From assembly GCA_903813345.2 (NCBI GenBank), contig CAIIXF020000001.1:39866001-39930000 (forward strand): a DNA stretch of 64,000 nt. Reading direction: 5' to 3'. A program made the translations under genes and the position numbers. The stretch's first letter is position 1. Each line of letters opens with the position of its first letter. This document shows, piece after piece, positions 26,314-41,400 of this stretch. A model generated the notes under the pieces. That model did not search any database, was not told the origin of the DNA, and saw only the letters and a list, made by a program, of their open reading frames with translations. Source of the stretch: Owenia fusiformis (Eukaryota).

Positions 26314-26869
26314 CTTTTAGGCATCATATATATAAGGCTATAGTGAAGTGATAAGTTTAGAATATCTGACTGCCCCTTGTTTCAACTAGACATGTTATAA
26401 CACAGGAGTTGGAGCAACTGAAACCTTGTGAATCAAGATGTAATAGACTGTTTTCTATATGCTAGATGGAAAAATAGATGGCAGCACGTCAATTTTTATA
26501 AATGTAAAACACCATTGAAATGTAACTGCATGATCTGTGTATTGTGTATAAACATTTAATTTGTGATCCTTATAAGAGTAAACGAACATTGTGTCAATGG
26601 GGATTTAGCCAGACCTTTTGAAAATTGAAGGAATATAAAACATTTAAATTCAAATATTGTCGTATGAGAGTAATAAGTACCATTTTTGAAAAATATTGAG
26701 ATTTTCACAGATTTCCACCATATAAATCATCCTCTTTCTTCCTTTGATATTCCCTTACCTCCATCTCTTCTGAATAGCCTGTTTTTCAGTTTTTGAATTA
26801 CACCATGTGACTAGGAATTAAATTACAATTTTAAACTGAGATTTGGATTTATTTTGAAAAATACATCTC

Positions 26870-27105
26870 ATATACGGTCATATCAGGCTTTAACATTATG
26901 ACAGGCCTTGCAACCATTGTCACGGCCATATCAGACTTTAACATTACCACGGTCATGTCAGGCTTTGCAATATAGTATAGCATTGTTACGGTCATATCAG
27001 GCTTTTACATTACCACGATCATGACAGGCAATGCAATATAATATAGCATTGTCACGGTTATACCAGGTTATCACGATAACACTACCATGGTCATGGCAGG
27101 ATCCT
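26870..27105. repeat. Degenerate tandem repeat (ACGGTCATATCAGGCTTTAACATT-like units)
   Basis: Recurrent CGGTCAT..CAGGC motifs spaced about 25-38 bp apart. Confidence 0.55.
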
Positions 27106-28238
27106 TACGAAACTTAAAAACACTTAATAACATGGTGATAGTTGTGCCAGGCATGAGTCTTGCAACAGATAGGGTTATTTGTTTAATTCCACATTTTCAA
27201 GATACTTTATGCCACTTTTATTTTGTCTCTGGTGCTTTTTTCCACTTTGTGCAAACACTTGTGTGTTTTTGTTACTCTGATGATTTATAGAAGTCTCTTT
27301 TTTAGTTTTTCTGTTTTTCCTGTTGATTTCTTTGCAGTTTGGGATGTATTTTCCACAGTCAGCACTGTCAATGGTATATTCTAAAAATATAGGGAATAGT
27401 ATATAGAGACTAAAAGTCCAAAAGGCTTTTGTGACAATATTTCCCGAAGTGTTATATTTCCATTTATCCTTCAAACTGTGACATTTATGCTAATAACTCG
27501 ACATGTATATGATTCTTACATACCCAATACGATCAAAAACGTTACTAACATACCAAATGAAAGGTGATTTCCTGGTCAAACTTGCAAAAGTTTGTCCAAT
27601 TCGCATTTGAACCGAATATTTACCGGAAGTGTTTATATTTCCATTTAGGTGTCACTACGGTAAATCATTGAAAAATATTGGAAAAATCACAAAATTCAAG
27701 TTTGGGATACATATCGCCATTTTCGAACGAATTAGCCCATACAATAACTATATTTCTGCGTTCCCCTATACATAACCTTCATCTTGACCATACATTTAAC
27801 ATAGGGTTTGCGTCTCGATTTTTAAATATCACTACGCCAACATAGGGACTCATTTTTAGGTAAAATCCCTACTTCACCGATGAAAATTAACGAATAAAGT
27901 AGTTCCAGTTTACGGCACTATATTTTTTGCGATTTCTTTCTAAAATGGCACATTTAGAAAGTAATTGGCCTCGGCTTTACATACATACCTCAAATGGCCA
28001 CAATGCATATACTTAAGGTGCTATGGATGTTAAGGTATGAGTACCGTAATCCAACACCAAATTCGAAAATTCATAACAATACTTTGCACATATGGCGTTA
28101 GTGACCAACTATAAAACGCTTACCCCCCATAGTGTTATATATCAAAATGTACCTGTTCATATAGGGGTTCGATTGATATACCTTTGATATACCTTTGTCA
28201 TACCTTTTGGCGGATGGATATGGAACCTCATACCTTAA

Positions 28239-28959
28239 CAGGAAATGACAAAACAGGAAGTGACAATTTTTTTGTATTTTTAGACATTTTTTGAACAAAG
28301 ATAACAGAGTTCTGTTTTGACCTCCAGTCAATTCAACTAGTTCCAAATACCATTTACAGGTCCAGGATCACAATGTTCATGGTCAGAATGACCCTAAACA
28401 TGATGAAGTAACCTTTTCTGCCCTATGAAAATGTGACTGAAAAATAGCTAAAAGTAGGTGCTCAGGAAAGGTCAATGAACAGAATTTTGTGATTTTTTCA
28501 GTAAATGTGTCCAATGTATTGCTCTAAATGATACAATCTTTTAAAATTTGATATCATTCATAGAAAAAGAAAAAAAATGAAAAAACTGATTTGAAAAGCA
28601 ATCTATTTTCCTTTTTATGACCGCCATTTTTGTTTAAGACAATTTTCTAAAATTTCAAAGATTGTATCAGTTAGAGCATTATATTGGGCACATTTTCTGA
28701 AAAATTCAAAAGATTCTGTTCAGTGACCTTCCCTAGCTCCTACTTTTAGCTTTTTTCCAGTCACACTTTCAAAGGGCTAAAAAGGTTATTTCATCATGTT
28801 AAGGGTCATTCTGACCATGCACATTGTGATCCTGGTCATGTAAATGATATGTGGAAATAGTTAAATTGACTGGAGGTCAAACCAGAACTCTGTTATCTTT
28901 GTTCAGTAAATGTCTAAAAATGCAAAAACAAATTTCACTTCCTGTTTTGTCATTTCCTG
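28239..28959. mobile_element. Palindromic fold-back element with TTAA flanks
   Basis: TTAA|CAGGAAATGACAAAACAGGAAGTG ... CACTTCCTGTTTTGTCATTTCCTG|TTAA; arms of about 300 bp. Confidence 0.8.
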
Positions 28960-30444
28960 TTAACTTCCATGGCACCTTAAACCTACTATGCACACCATTG
29001 AAGTTGGCATGGCTTCGTTTTTAAGTATTAAAAAACACTGTCCTACCCGGAAGTGGTATTTACCGTAGTAACACCTTAATATCCAAAAATGGAAAAATTT
29101 TACTATGATAATTTATGCTCATTCAGCATTTTTTCAAAAAATTGAGTTATTTCATGCTCAAAACAGCTGGATTTTCAAAGTTTTAACACATTTTCTACAA
29201 AATCTAGTCATATTTGGGGAAATAGGTGAGGGCTGAGTCTCTAAAAACTGGCCAAAATGACCTAAAATTGGGTCATCAACTTCAGACATCTCATGCAAAA
29301 AATTTAGATGCAAAATCCCCGAGATTATTTCATTTTGTAAATCATTATAGAAATGCCTTTCAAGTATTACACAGAATGTACTGAAATGTATGTTGCTAAA
29401 TGCAAATATTTTGAGTCAAATGTGGTCCCCATGTGCAAAATCTGCCCTTTTTCTCCCCCTTTACGCCAGTTAGGCCCCGGTGTATTGTGACATCATACTC
29501 ATACCATTGCTACAATGTAGCATTTTACAAATTAATCATGATTACTCTTCCTGTGATACACCTGTGGTAGTTGAACACTGTTTTTGCATAGTGATATTCC
29601 CCAGTGTGTTGACTGATTACACGCCAGCTTACTTAGTTACTTACTAAGTACGCAATAACCACCATCAAAGACCTGCCGGCACCTATTTATTTTTGGGTTG
29701 GTAATGGAATTTTACAAGGGCAATACGAGAAGAATTCAATTTTTCAGAATTTCATGATAATTACGGTAGATTTTACGGTAGTTTGAACAAGAATACTTTA
29801 AATTCCAGCAGAAATATTGTAGATTTTCAAATATTTACGGTATATTTTACGGCTGTTCTTATAGAAAAAATCGAATTATAATAAAATATTTTACGGTAGA
29901 TTTTGGTAAAACTACAGTAGATTTTTTACGGTCGTTTTTACAGGAAAAAACAGTAATTTTTACGGTATTTATATTTTTTTACCGAAAAACGAATATTTTA
30001 TAGTAGATGCCGGTAAAAATACGGTAGGTTGGCAGGTATGAGTTACCATGGCAACCCTGGAATAGGTAAAAATGAGAGCAAAAAACACCCAGACCCGCCA
30101 TAATGGCACTAATTTTCAAAATATTTCGAGACATACAAATTTTCTTAAACTTTGATATCATCTAGAACACTTCTAGACAACAAAAATATAAAAATTGGGG
30201 GAAGGTTTATCACTTCAATTTTTTTCAAGCCTTGGTCAAAGTAAAGCTACGAAAAAAGCACTCATTTTCACTTTAGAATCACCTATTATCGCCCAAATGG
30301 CTATATGTTGTCCAGGTCGCCATGTTAAAAGTAGAATTAGAATGCTCTTCAGACAATGTTTGATAGCTTTCCTTTATCACGGAACAAAGATCTTTGCACT
30401 GGTATGCCCATTTCCATGAGATAATGCACGTGACCCACCATGGT

Positions 30445-31228
30445 TTGGGACCATTATTTCTTAAACATTGGATTGAAAATGATGTAATTTATATAAATGA
30501 TATTGTTAAAGATGGAATGTTATGTTCATATAATGTCATAGTTCAAAAAGTACAGCGCAATGGACAAACCATGCTGAAGTATAATATTTTAAAAGCATGT
30601 GTTAAACAAGAGTTAATTACAAAGTATGGAGATGAAGAGAATAATAACAACTTGAGATTTGTAAATAGAGAATTATGTAAATCAGATTCAAAGTATATAT
30701 ACGATCAGAGTTAGTCTTGGCAAGAAAATGTGATATTAAATATGATAATACATTGATAAGTAAGGATGTGTGGAACACACTTTTTAATTGTACAAAAGAT
30801 AATAAACTCAAAATTATCCAATGGAAGATTATCCATAAAATTTATCCAAGTGGCAAATATCTAAAACAGTGTAAAATACAAGATTCAGATAAATGTAAAT
30901 ATTGTGATAATGTAATTGATGATGATATGCATTATTTTGTGAAGTGTAAAGAAGTTTTAAATATTTGGAACACCTGTGATTGTAATAGTCTCAGTGATAA
31001 ACAAAAACTTGGTATTGAAAATTTCGCACAAGAAAAATATTTTAAAAGTGTGATTATAAAAAAAGCTATTCATATGTTTAAATGTGATCTGCTGAATGAG
31101 CAGGAAACTTTGAAAATGATATGTAATAGGGAAAAATCATTTTACAACATGTAACCTTTATATGTAAATGTATTAATTGTACTGTATATATGTTTTTGAT
31201 TTGAAATATAGTTTTTTAATAAAAAAAA
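30445..31228 (+). mobile_element. 5'-truncated non-LTR retrotransposon (L1/Tx1-like) 3' fragment
   Basis: Interrupted ORF with QWKIIHKIYP...CKYC...HYFVKC (C-terminal zinc-knuckle, zf-RVT-like), followed by AATAAA and an A tract; candidate TSD ATGGT. Confidence 0.75.
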
Positions 31229-32004
31229 ATGGTGGGTTTGGGTGCTTTTTTGCTCCCATTTTTTACCCCATTTCTACGGTTGCCATGGCAACTATTAGGC
31301 TTTGGTAACCATGCCAACTTGATTTTTGAAGGACATCCACCTGATAGTAGTTGGGCCAGGTTTGATGGAAAATGGGCCTGGTTTGATATGCTGGCAGTGA
31401 GGCTGATTGTGGCAAGTAGTGAAACGGCAAAACAATGGTGGAGTCTTGTACTATAATTTTAAAATAGAGCTCTCCAAGAGAAATATTATCATGTAATGCA
31501 ACAGGTAACTTATGTAAACAAATTTTTAAATTGATGTCATCTTTTTTGAATTATCTGAAATAAAAAAAGAATTTTAAATATAAAAAAAGGAATGCAATAC
31601 AAAGACAGAATTGTATAATAATCACAAACTTTTAATAAATACATGCTGGTATAAAGTAAAAAAAAAAAAAGGTGGAGTCATACCATACGATTTTACACAG
31701 GACGCAGTTGTGAAAACAAAATGGCAAAAAGCTTTTGAACTTTTAGGATTATATCTAAAGGTAGAGTATACTATTGATAGTGCTGACTTTGGTATTTTCA
31801 CACTCAAGTAAAATGCAGTCTGCATCATGAAAGTTTGTCACATTTGAAGAGATAGTCTCTATTGTTTTATTTCTGGGTATCTTCAGGATATTCAACGAGC
31901 CCATGCGCCAGGCAGGTACTGACCAACAGTGACCATATGGCATAGGACCAACGGCGTGTACCTTTGAGAACTGCAACCTGTCAAGCACGTGCCCGTGTTT
32001 ACTA

Positions 32005-32156
32005 ATGAAAGGGAAATCCCCTCACGTGACAGCATTTCTTGAATGACGTATTTTCAAGGTCAGAAATATCCCCCACAATGCAACAGTTTTCCTACAAAAT
32101 GTCTTCGCCATGTTAGATAGACTCTGAGGAAGGTCCTTAAATCGGAGTCATCAGAG
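32005..32156 (+). promoter_or_regulatory. Putative pumilio promoter and non-coding first exon
   Basis: GGGAAATCCC (kB-like, 32011), TCACGTGAC E-box (32022), TGACGT, YY1-like CGCCATGTT (32106), donor GAG|GTATGT at 32156/32157 and acceptor TTGCAG ending at 32389, just before the ATG exon. Confidence 0.5.
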
Positions 32157-32423
32157 GTATGTTTCAATAATTTGATCACAAATGTGTGATATTTGTAATC
32201 TTTGATAATCGAGCTAAATATTGACTGGTATATTTCTATTATTCGTGCATACAGTTTGCAGAAATATACAAAAAACTAAGGCTGGTCTTTCGAAAATTTT
32301 CTAAAAAAATTTGACCTCTGCAATTTTTCATTCTTTGTCTTTAAAATGCCTCGCATGGGTGTTTATACTTATCATTTTCTTGATTGCAGGCGTGTAACAT
32401 GAAACCTAAAGTTTAATCATAAC

Positions 32424-35400
32424 ATGCAAGAAAAGGCCTGGGACGACAATATCGAGATGCAAGCGCAGGGACAGCAAGAAATGGCTGCAAGACAACCATC
32501 AACTCGATCCCAAGATGATGCTACGGTGGGATATTATTTTCAAAGACCTCACAATGACCAGGTTCCAAATTATCAAAATAAAAGATGGGCAGCTGGGGAT
32601 GATAGTGCACTTCCTCAGGTGTGTATTTCTATCCCCCAGCAACTTCCAATAACCCAGATGCGAGTAGAAATAATCTTGATTTACGTCATTAAAAATTCAA
32701 AATTCAGTCAAAGTGATGTCATATTTGAAATCTGCATGTAAAAGTACATCTATAAATATGGTTTCGAAAATTGTTTATCAACTTTGAAAATTTAATTTTT
32801 TTTGAAAATGTGACTTCTTGTTCGGGTTGATTCCCCATAGACCCCATGATACAAAATCACAAAAAGTGAAATATCTTTTCTTGTATTGGATAAATAACAT
32901 TTTCTTTTACTGGATATATTTCAGTTTGCATAACTATTAGATACATAAGGGTTATATGAAAATTGAATCATTAAAACAGATGTGATTTAAGTTTAAGGGA
33001 ACTTTCTCCTATACCCGCCATGCTATCTGACCCGAACGAGCCACCTGGTAGTGAATCTGGTAACTACCTACTCGCATCTGCGTTATTGGTTTGAAATGCA
33101 TGTGCTTTCACAATTTGCTAAACCAAAACACTGAGGGTCATTTAGTGCACTTTCATTTTGACTTGCATCTTGGAGTTGTGTGGTTCTTTACTTTGCTGCT
33201 TTCCTTCCAGAATGTTAGTTTTACCACGGAAATATATTTCCCTTCTCCCTCCGAGTACCCCTTGAAGACCTTATCCATCATTAGTCACATTTTGGTGATT
33301 CCATGCGAGGTTTACATAGTCCTGAGTTATCCCGTGCCAGGACTATAGTTCTGAGAACGTCTTAATCTTTTACCTGTACGATTACAACATGGGAGAATTT
33401 TCTACGCCTCTTACACTTAAGATACCTACTTCAATAGATTCCTGGGTATTTTAGCATTCTTTTCGTGTAGTTGAATCCACAATTATCTGGGTTTATCGGC
33501 AGAACGGGAACATTTTTCTTTTTCATTGAGGGAGATTCCATGACTTTTCAAGATTGCGCTTAAATTTGAAAGGGGATTCCCTGTTTGACTGGCCCGGGAG
33601 TGGCCTGGAAGTACCAATAAATGGAGGAATTTGATGGTTGAAATAAGTTGAATATTACACAAAAATATTGCGATCAAAAACGAAAATTTCTTTGTTCTGC
33701 CGATAAACCCAGTTTTGGATTCAACTACACAAGAATGCTAAAATACCACGGAATCTAGTAAGTATTGAATTTGCTCGAGGACTAGAACATCGGAGAACAA
33801 TCCATGCCCCAACACTTAAGGTCTCATGATACTTAACAGGTATAAATAAGAGTCCATCATTTTCAAGTAACGAAATTGAAGAAAAAACTATTTTTCAATT
33901 TGATACTTCAATTATGCAGTAAGAAACCCCCAAATCAAAGATGCATGAAAACCCCATTTTTGTGCTTTAGTATTAGGGCTGATTATGACAAATGATGTCC
34001 TCATCAGGGTGTCTGAGTCGTATCAAATACTACCATTAGCAGTTATCTCCATAGGATTTTTCTCAAGTAGGCGCAAAATTCTCATTTTCACAATTCCGAT
34101 ACTTGATAAAACCATCCATTTTCATTTCATTAAAATACACAAAAGAGAAAAAATGTAGTTGGCCAATTCTTTAAATTCGGGCCATGCCAAGATTTTTTGT
34201 TATTAAGATACAATCACCTAAAAAGCTTCTTACCTTGTATGTGAATGCCACAAACATATGAATAGTTCGACCCTTTGGGTACTATGACATTGTACTATAA
34301 CATGCTATTCATGTCATCATACCCTAAGTCATGGAAGCATCCATAAATAATGAACATATTTTTGGAGTATATTTATCAACTTGTATGTTTGATATGGCCA
34401 GTATTTCAGAACTGTATGACAGCGGTTAAACCAATAGTATGAAATCATCCCATCGAACAAAGTTCGGGGGGATATAGGGAATGCCTCAGTTTGTCCGCCC
34501 GTCCATCTGCCTGTCCATCCGTCCGTCTGGGCAATAACTCAAATACAGTTGGGCCGATTTCGTTCATATTTTATACACACATACTAGTGGTGTCAATTAA
34601 CCGCTTGAGCATTAACCGGTTAACCGGGGGTTTTTACCGGTTAAAGTCGGTTAACCGGCGGGAAATTTGAACTGATAATTTCAAATGAAATCTTCATCTT
34701 CGATCTTGAAAGTTGAAAAAAATTGGGAAAATGATATATCGGCGTTTATTATTTACGTTCGTCAAGCGTTACTCTATTCTATGTAAGTAAGCGCGGGAAA
34801 GCAATGTGGTAGGGATTAAAGTTGCTGATTGGATGTTTGTAAGGAATTATCGGACCTATCACATGTATGAGTAGCTCACATGAAACTGACGCTTGAAAAA
34901 CAAACAGATTAAAATGCAAAGTAAGCGCGGGAAAGCAATGTGGCAGGGATTAAAGTTGCTGATTGGATGTTTGTAAGGAGTTAAAGGACTTATGACATGT
35001 ATGAGTAGCTTACGTGAAACTGACACCATAAAACCAAACGGATTAGCATGCAAAATAAGCGCGGGAAATAACAGAATTATACACGGTCAACTAACCGCCC
35101 ATAAAAACACAGACCGGTCAAGGCATTATCGGCGGTTAACCGGTTAATACTTGGCACCTCTAACACATACCCTATGAGAGTAGAAGTTCTGCTCGAAAGC
35201 TGATTTTCAAAATTGCCGTTCATTTATAAATGGTGGCCATTTTAGTGCTGATTTTACAGTAATTTGGGTACAATATGTAAAACTGCTATTGCAATATGTT
35301 TTAAATGTAATAAAATTAATAAAGCTAGAAATGTAGATATTAAAGAAGGCTTCTTAGAAGCACATGGCAGCCATCTTGAAAAATGGCGGCCTTTACTCAT

Positions 35401-38400
35401 TATTTTACGATTTTTGCTCTAACTCGAAAAGTAATGGAACTTATTTTGTTCATATTTGGTATGTGAATACTTTAATCATGGCACACTGTCTCATGACACT
35501 TTTGGTAGAATGTGGCCATTTTGAAAAATGGCTGACATTTTGCTATATAATTTGTCTGTAAAAATGCCAGCCATGGCTGTTCGATGGGATTTGCTACGCT
35601 TTGGCGTTGCTGATGTCTAGTTGAAAAAATTAGTTACCATTGATACCTATCCTCCATTTTGAAAAAGAAGACAACGTCTGTCACTAGCTATATCCCGATA
35701 CTAACCATTAATACTTAAAATTCATTTTTGATTAAAACACCATTCAAAAGTTTGTTTTGAGACCCCCTCCTATGCAGGGAGGGTAATTTTATATGTACTA
35801 TTACCTCCATAGGTAGGAATTTGATGAAGAATTTCATCCCAGGAGTGAGGAATTTGATTTGCATGTTCCCCGGAGCTGGGATTTTTGACTGGATTTATTT
35901 CGCCCAGAATACACTAGTGGTGTGACTCGCCACCAAAATCTCTTCTCAAGACTCGAGTAGAATGAAATTTGACGATCGATTAGACGATTTTGGCAATTTT
36001 TTTTTTAAAAATTGAGAAAATTAGAACCTGAAAAGCCGAGGCATTTGTCACTACTTACATCGACTTTTGGTTTAATGACCACTCAATGATGTAGTTTTGA
36101 ACGGATTGAGTTCCGTTTTGGATGTTTTAGATGCATATTTACCGTATATTAGCAATGATTTAAGTATTTTATGGATTTTTTCGACTTTGAAATTCCCACT
36201 TCCGTCAAAATACATATGCGCATGTGATATACCGGATATAAACAAACATAAAAAGCAATGAATACGATTCTAATACTTTATTCTCATCAACTGACCATTA
36301 AATCGCCATCGAGCTTGTTCTTGCCTTCCCTCCCAAAAAGTTGCACTTGAGCATCCTACTTATATTCAAAGCCGTGTCATAATTTAATATAGATGAATAA
36401 AACAGGGAGATAACCCAATCGTAAAATATCGTCATTGCATGAATTATAATGTAGGGCACTTTTGAAAACTAGGAAGCTTACGATGTGGCTTTGTACCTGC
36501 CATGTGGGGTGGTTTCACAAAAACTTTTGAATGGTGCATTACTAATGAGATATTAATCAAACTTTTGTTCAAGTAAATATTGTATGTTGAATTGCTTATA
36601 GAACGGATCGTAGAATTTGATTTGTTATTTGCAGGCTGGTAGAGCAATGACAGTCACAGAGTTGGAAACAGGCCTCCATGCACTGAGTATTGACAGAGAT
36701 GTAAGTACATACCTAGATTCTTCATATCTTCATCACAAAATTAGAAAAAAACAATGTAGAGTAGGGCTCTCCCAGGGAAATATAAAGGAGGAAATACCAC
36801 ATTGTAACATGCTCTCCCCTACCCATTAATTAAAATAAATAAGTACATCACCATTTTCTGTTTACTTCAGTATTCTGGCAACAACATGAATAACAAGAAG
36901 ATTTGGGAAGATGAACAGAAAGCTGGGGGAGATGCTAAACCTTACTTCGGTACACCTTGGACACCCAGAGATGATACATGGGGGGTGCCCTCAGGTAAAA
37001 TAACAACCATAATTCACAAAAGCTACAGAGACTACTTTATTTTCATCTAACATATGGAATCTGAAAACAACAGTGTATTTAGGTTATTTGGTTCGATCAG
37101 AAGAATGTTACAAAATCTGGTATGGTAACTAGGCTATCATTGGAAATGTATTGGACATTCTAAGATATGCACAAAGTTATATGAACAAGAAAAGACTGTA
37201 AATTGAGAAAGCAAATCTTATCAAAAGCTTTGAGCAGTGGTGTGTCCACTATATTATCAATAAAATAGCATCAAAACAAAAAAATGTGTTCCATTACCAA
37301 TATTTGTGGGAAAATGTAGTTAATTTTGTTATGATGGTTTAACTCTCCCTCATGTAATGAATCTGGTACTTTTCAGTACTAAAAAACTTTATCCCCACCT
37401 CATGTAAAAAAAAATTTCTAAATCTGTTGAAAATTTGATGTTTATGTTTTCTGCATGAATATACTTTTGTGATTTGATTTTCTGTTACAGTATTCTTCCT
37501 TTTCAACTTTTTAGTTTTAGATTGAATCTTTTTGTTGTTGTACTTTTCTAATCTGTTAATCCAATAGTTTAGTTAACCATACCTCGGAAGACCCTTCAAA
37601 TATTGATACGATCCTAGCACCATCCACTGTATGATATACAGTATGGTTCTTCTCACATGCTCTACTCTAACATTTCCAAATGTTTAATCTAGATGCTACT
37701 AGGTAATAACAACAGCCAAGCATATTGCTGACACATTTCAATAATAGAAATGTCAACGTAACCTCAACATCATATCAGTGCTGATCTTCTCTATATTTAG
37801 TTTTATTAACTCCTTTCTCTTGCAAAACTGTATACTAGTTAAGTAAAATCAGATCATGAGACAGTTTTGCAATAGAATGTTTTTTCTGTTTGTTTTCACC
37901 CCTACCCCTATTAACTTACAGAGCATGCTGTCTCTCACCCTATCAACATGCAGCGTAACCGTAGTTTCCCAGGAAACGACATGTCTAACGTTTTAAACCC
38001 ACGTTCTTCAGAACCAGGACAGCTACATATGAACATGGTGGAGTATGTATTGGGAGGCTCTCCCACTGGCAAAGAACTAGACTCAAGGCTTGGGCGGCGT
38101 CAACAAGGATATGTAAGCATTGTCTCTTTGTTTGATACAATTTTGTAAGATACATGTCACATGAGGCCTTACAAATTATACTTCTGTGCCAATTCAGATG
38201 TTATCCCAAAACTATTTATTCCAATTTGTGGGGCATTGTTGCCACTTTAGAACCACATTAAAAAGAAAAACCCTGATTGGTTCTACCCTTGAACAGAAGA
38301 GTAATTTGTATGGACCTGATTTTGTATCCTGAGATTAGAGTCGCTTGTTGTGCTCATCATCATGGCCTTCGGGTGCTAAGATTTTCTCAGATATAAACAT

Positions 38401-41400
38401 CAAGCTAAATCCCCAGCATGGTTTATGTGACCATTCTGACGCAGAGCTTGGGATACAATAATTTCTGGGTACAAATAAATATTTTGAGCAACATTTGTTC
38501 TTTAATATCATGTAAGGAAACTCAGTTTGGAATGTTTGAAAATAAGAATGGATCTCGAAAGATGTTAACACACTGAATTCACTTTTGACATTTATGATGA
38601 AATCTTTGCAGTAAAGAATCATTAGAAAGCAATAATATCTTTATGATTGGTGATTATAATGTGCTATTGATTAAGTATGTATGAATATTAATTGGCAGCT
38701 GTTACTATATCAGTTTGTTTTGACAGGTTTTGATTAAATTACAATGACGTTTCACTGGAAATTTTTCATGATAGTCATTTTTTATAATTTATTTTATATT
38801 TATTGATTGACATAATCTCTTACTTAAAATATGGTCATACTTACGATTAAAAGCAAGAGTTAACCAAGAATTTTATCAATCGGTATCCTTAGAATTCTAT
38901 CATCTTTATATCCTGAGAAGAGTTCTGTTGATAGCAAAAATTGCACCCTCAAAATGAAATCATGCAATTGGATGCAGACAGTACAGACCAGTGTATAGTT
39001 TAGGAATCCTGTGTTTATAGTCCCTGCCTTTATATGAAGTTAAACTTGAATTGCAGCCTCCGCAACAAGGGGAGCAGAAAGGAGAGAAGAACAGTAAGAC
39101 CCCTTCACCATTTGAAGGCCAGAAGGAGGGCTCTGACCCTGAAATGAGACAAGATCATAACCAGGCCAATGGTATAGTTCAGAATGGCATGGAAGATCAG
39201 GAGGGCCAGTTTAGGTACTTAAATGAACAGACTAATATCAAATTCATAATTATTGGGTTACAATTGTCAAAATTTATGTTCATCACCAAAATTGCTGTTT
39301 CTTTGCTCACATTGGTCCATGGCATTTCCTATTCATTTGCAATAATCAGGTTGATCTTCAACAGGCTGAAAATCCTATACACCCTGTGTTTGTGTTACTA
39401 TCAACAATTCAACATACTTATAAAAGGATGCCTAAGCATGCTAATTCCAGAATTGATGGAGAGTTTTAGTTTGAAATTTGTTAACAAATCACGGCCATTG
39501 TCTTTTGATAATTCATGACTATGACACCTATAAATAGTCTATACCACCTTTAAATAGTCTATGCCCTGATGTTTGATTGTCAACTTGACTTTTAGAAACC
39601 CTGGAAGTAGGCAGACCTCCCCTACTGAGGACCAGCAGCCGATGGCCATCCAGTCTCAGTTGAATGCCAATGCACAGAAGTTCATTGCGCCCAAGAATGA
39701 GATGATTGAGGGAGGCAACAATCAGATGCCACCACAGATGATGCCACAGCAAGGCCTCCATTTAGATGCCCAGCAGTTTGAGCCGGTGGGGATAGACCCA
39801 ATGAATTTTGATTACGCTAACCAGTTCCAGGCACCATCTATGGATAGCCCTGGTAACTTCAACCCCAACATGGATTACAATCAGCAGGTAATTAAAGTGA
39901 ATTAATCTAGCTCTCCCATGGTGAATAGAAAGTGAACTCTTAAATGAGTCATCCCTTACTGCCTAACAACTGTGCCCATAGCAACCCAATAATTTTGTCA
40001 ATTAACAGTCAATTAAGCTTTGCTCATTCATCACAAATATATTGAAAGAAGATAAACATTCTTAGTGTAGTCACATACACAGAATCTCAGTCTGGGATAT
40101 ATATTGAATTTAATATCAAAAGCCAAATTTGAGAGCAATCTTAAATTTTGAGTTTTTCTTCAGCTAATGAGGCAACAACAACAGCAGCAACAACAGCAGC
40201 AGCAACAACAGCAGCAGCAACAAATAGCTGTTCTGGCACCTCAATACGCTCTAGCACAACAACAGCAACTTGGTTAGTAATGTCAGATTTATGTAACTTT
40301 CTCAGAAATCAACTTCAGGCAAAATCCCCAGCATGGTTTATCTGTACCATTCTGACGCAGTGCTTGTGACACAATAAATACAAAACATTCTATATATTGA
40401 ACCCTTCCTATATTCACATGTTTGAATGGGCCACCTTATGGTAAATATTGTAACATGAATGGTTATGTGTACTCTTTTAATTAAGTCGCTTAGCAGTAAT
40501 TTAACACTCATGCATGCATATATGTGCTTTGGAGAAAGGACACTTGCAAATTCTTTGTATGTTCATATGTATAATATTCCCTAATCTGCTAAGCATTAAA
40601 TTAATGTGTGGATATGGCATGATCTTCTTTTCTTTATCTTTGTAAGTAATATTAATAGAAAATATATTGTAAGGATTTTTTATTTATTTTATGATTTCTA
40701 TTTTATTTTTAAAGCATACTTGCAAACCTGTAAATATGTTGTTTGTATGTCTTGATTGAATGTGTCTGGTGTAGTAGGAGTGAATGAAAATGAATGAATG
40801 TTCTTTCTGTTAAACCTGCACATCGCTCCAAAACGCAATATGTTGACATATATTGTTTTTACATTTTCAAGCTCTAATATAAAGTTTAAGTAAATAAAAA
40901 AAAATTTCTGCGTAATATCAAAGAACAATCATTTAGTTAAAAAAATAGAAAGGCGAACGCGGGATTCGAACCCGGGCCTCCCGCGTGCTCGGCGAGGATT
41001 CTACCGCTGCACCACCGTATTATTATGTATGATGGGAGTAATTAAACGCTACTTATTTTAAATGCTATGATTCGGAAGTGACGTCACGTTCTTCATTTAG
41101 AAACCTTTCCAAAATCATATCGCCGGCTCCGATCGAAGCAAATTCAATGAAAAATCTTTAAAATGACACATTTATCGTAAGTATTTCTACACAAGATTTG
41201 CCCCATTTGTTCATGATTCTATAATCTTTCATTAAGCTCAAAATGATAAAGTTCACCCCCGAAACAACCCAAGATTGCGTTTCGGAGCGTAGTCCAGCTT
41301 TAAGGTGACTCATGTGTCACATATCTTGTTATTGGAGAATGATTGGTGGTCATACTGGTCTTCACATGAATATAAAATGTACAAGGCTTATTGTTTCATA

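Noticed and set aside
40148..40369. Poly-Thr/Ala ORF
   Set aside because: Alternative frame of the polyglutamine (17 Q) pumilio exon 40164-40272.
40952..41020. Functional tRNA-Ala(AGC) or tRNA-Gly gene
   Set aside because: Acceptor stem does not pair and the U33 position is G; it sits in a probable transposon.
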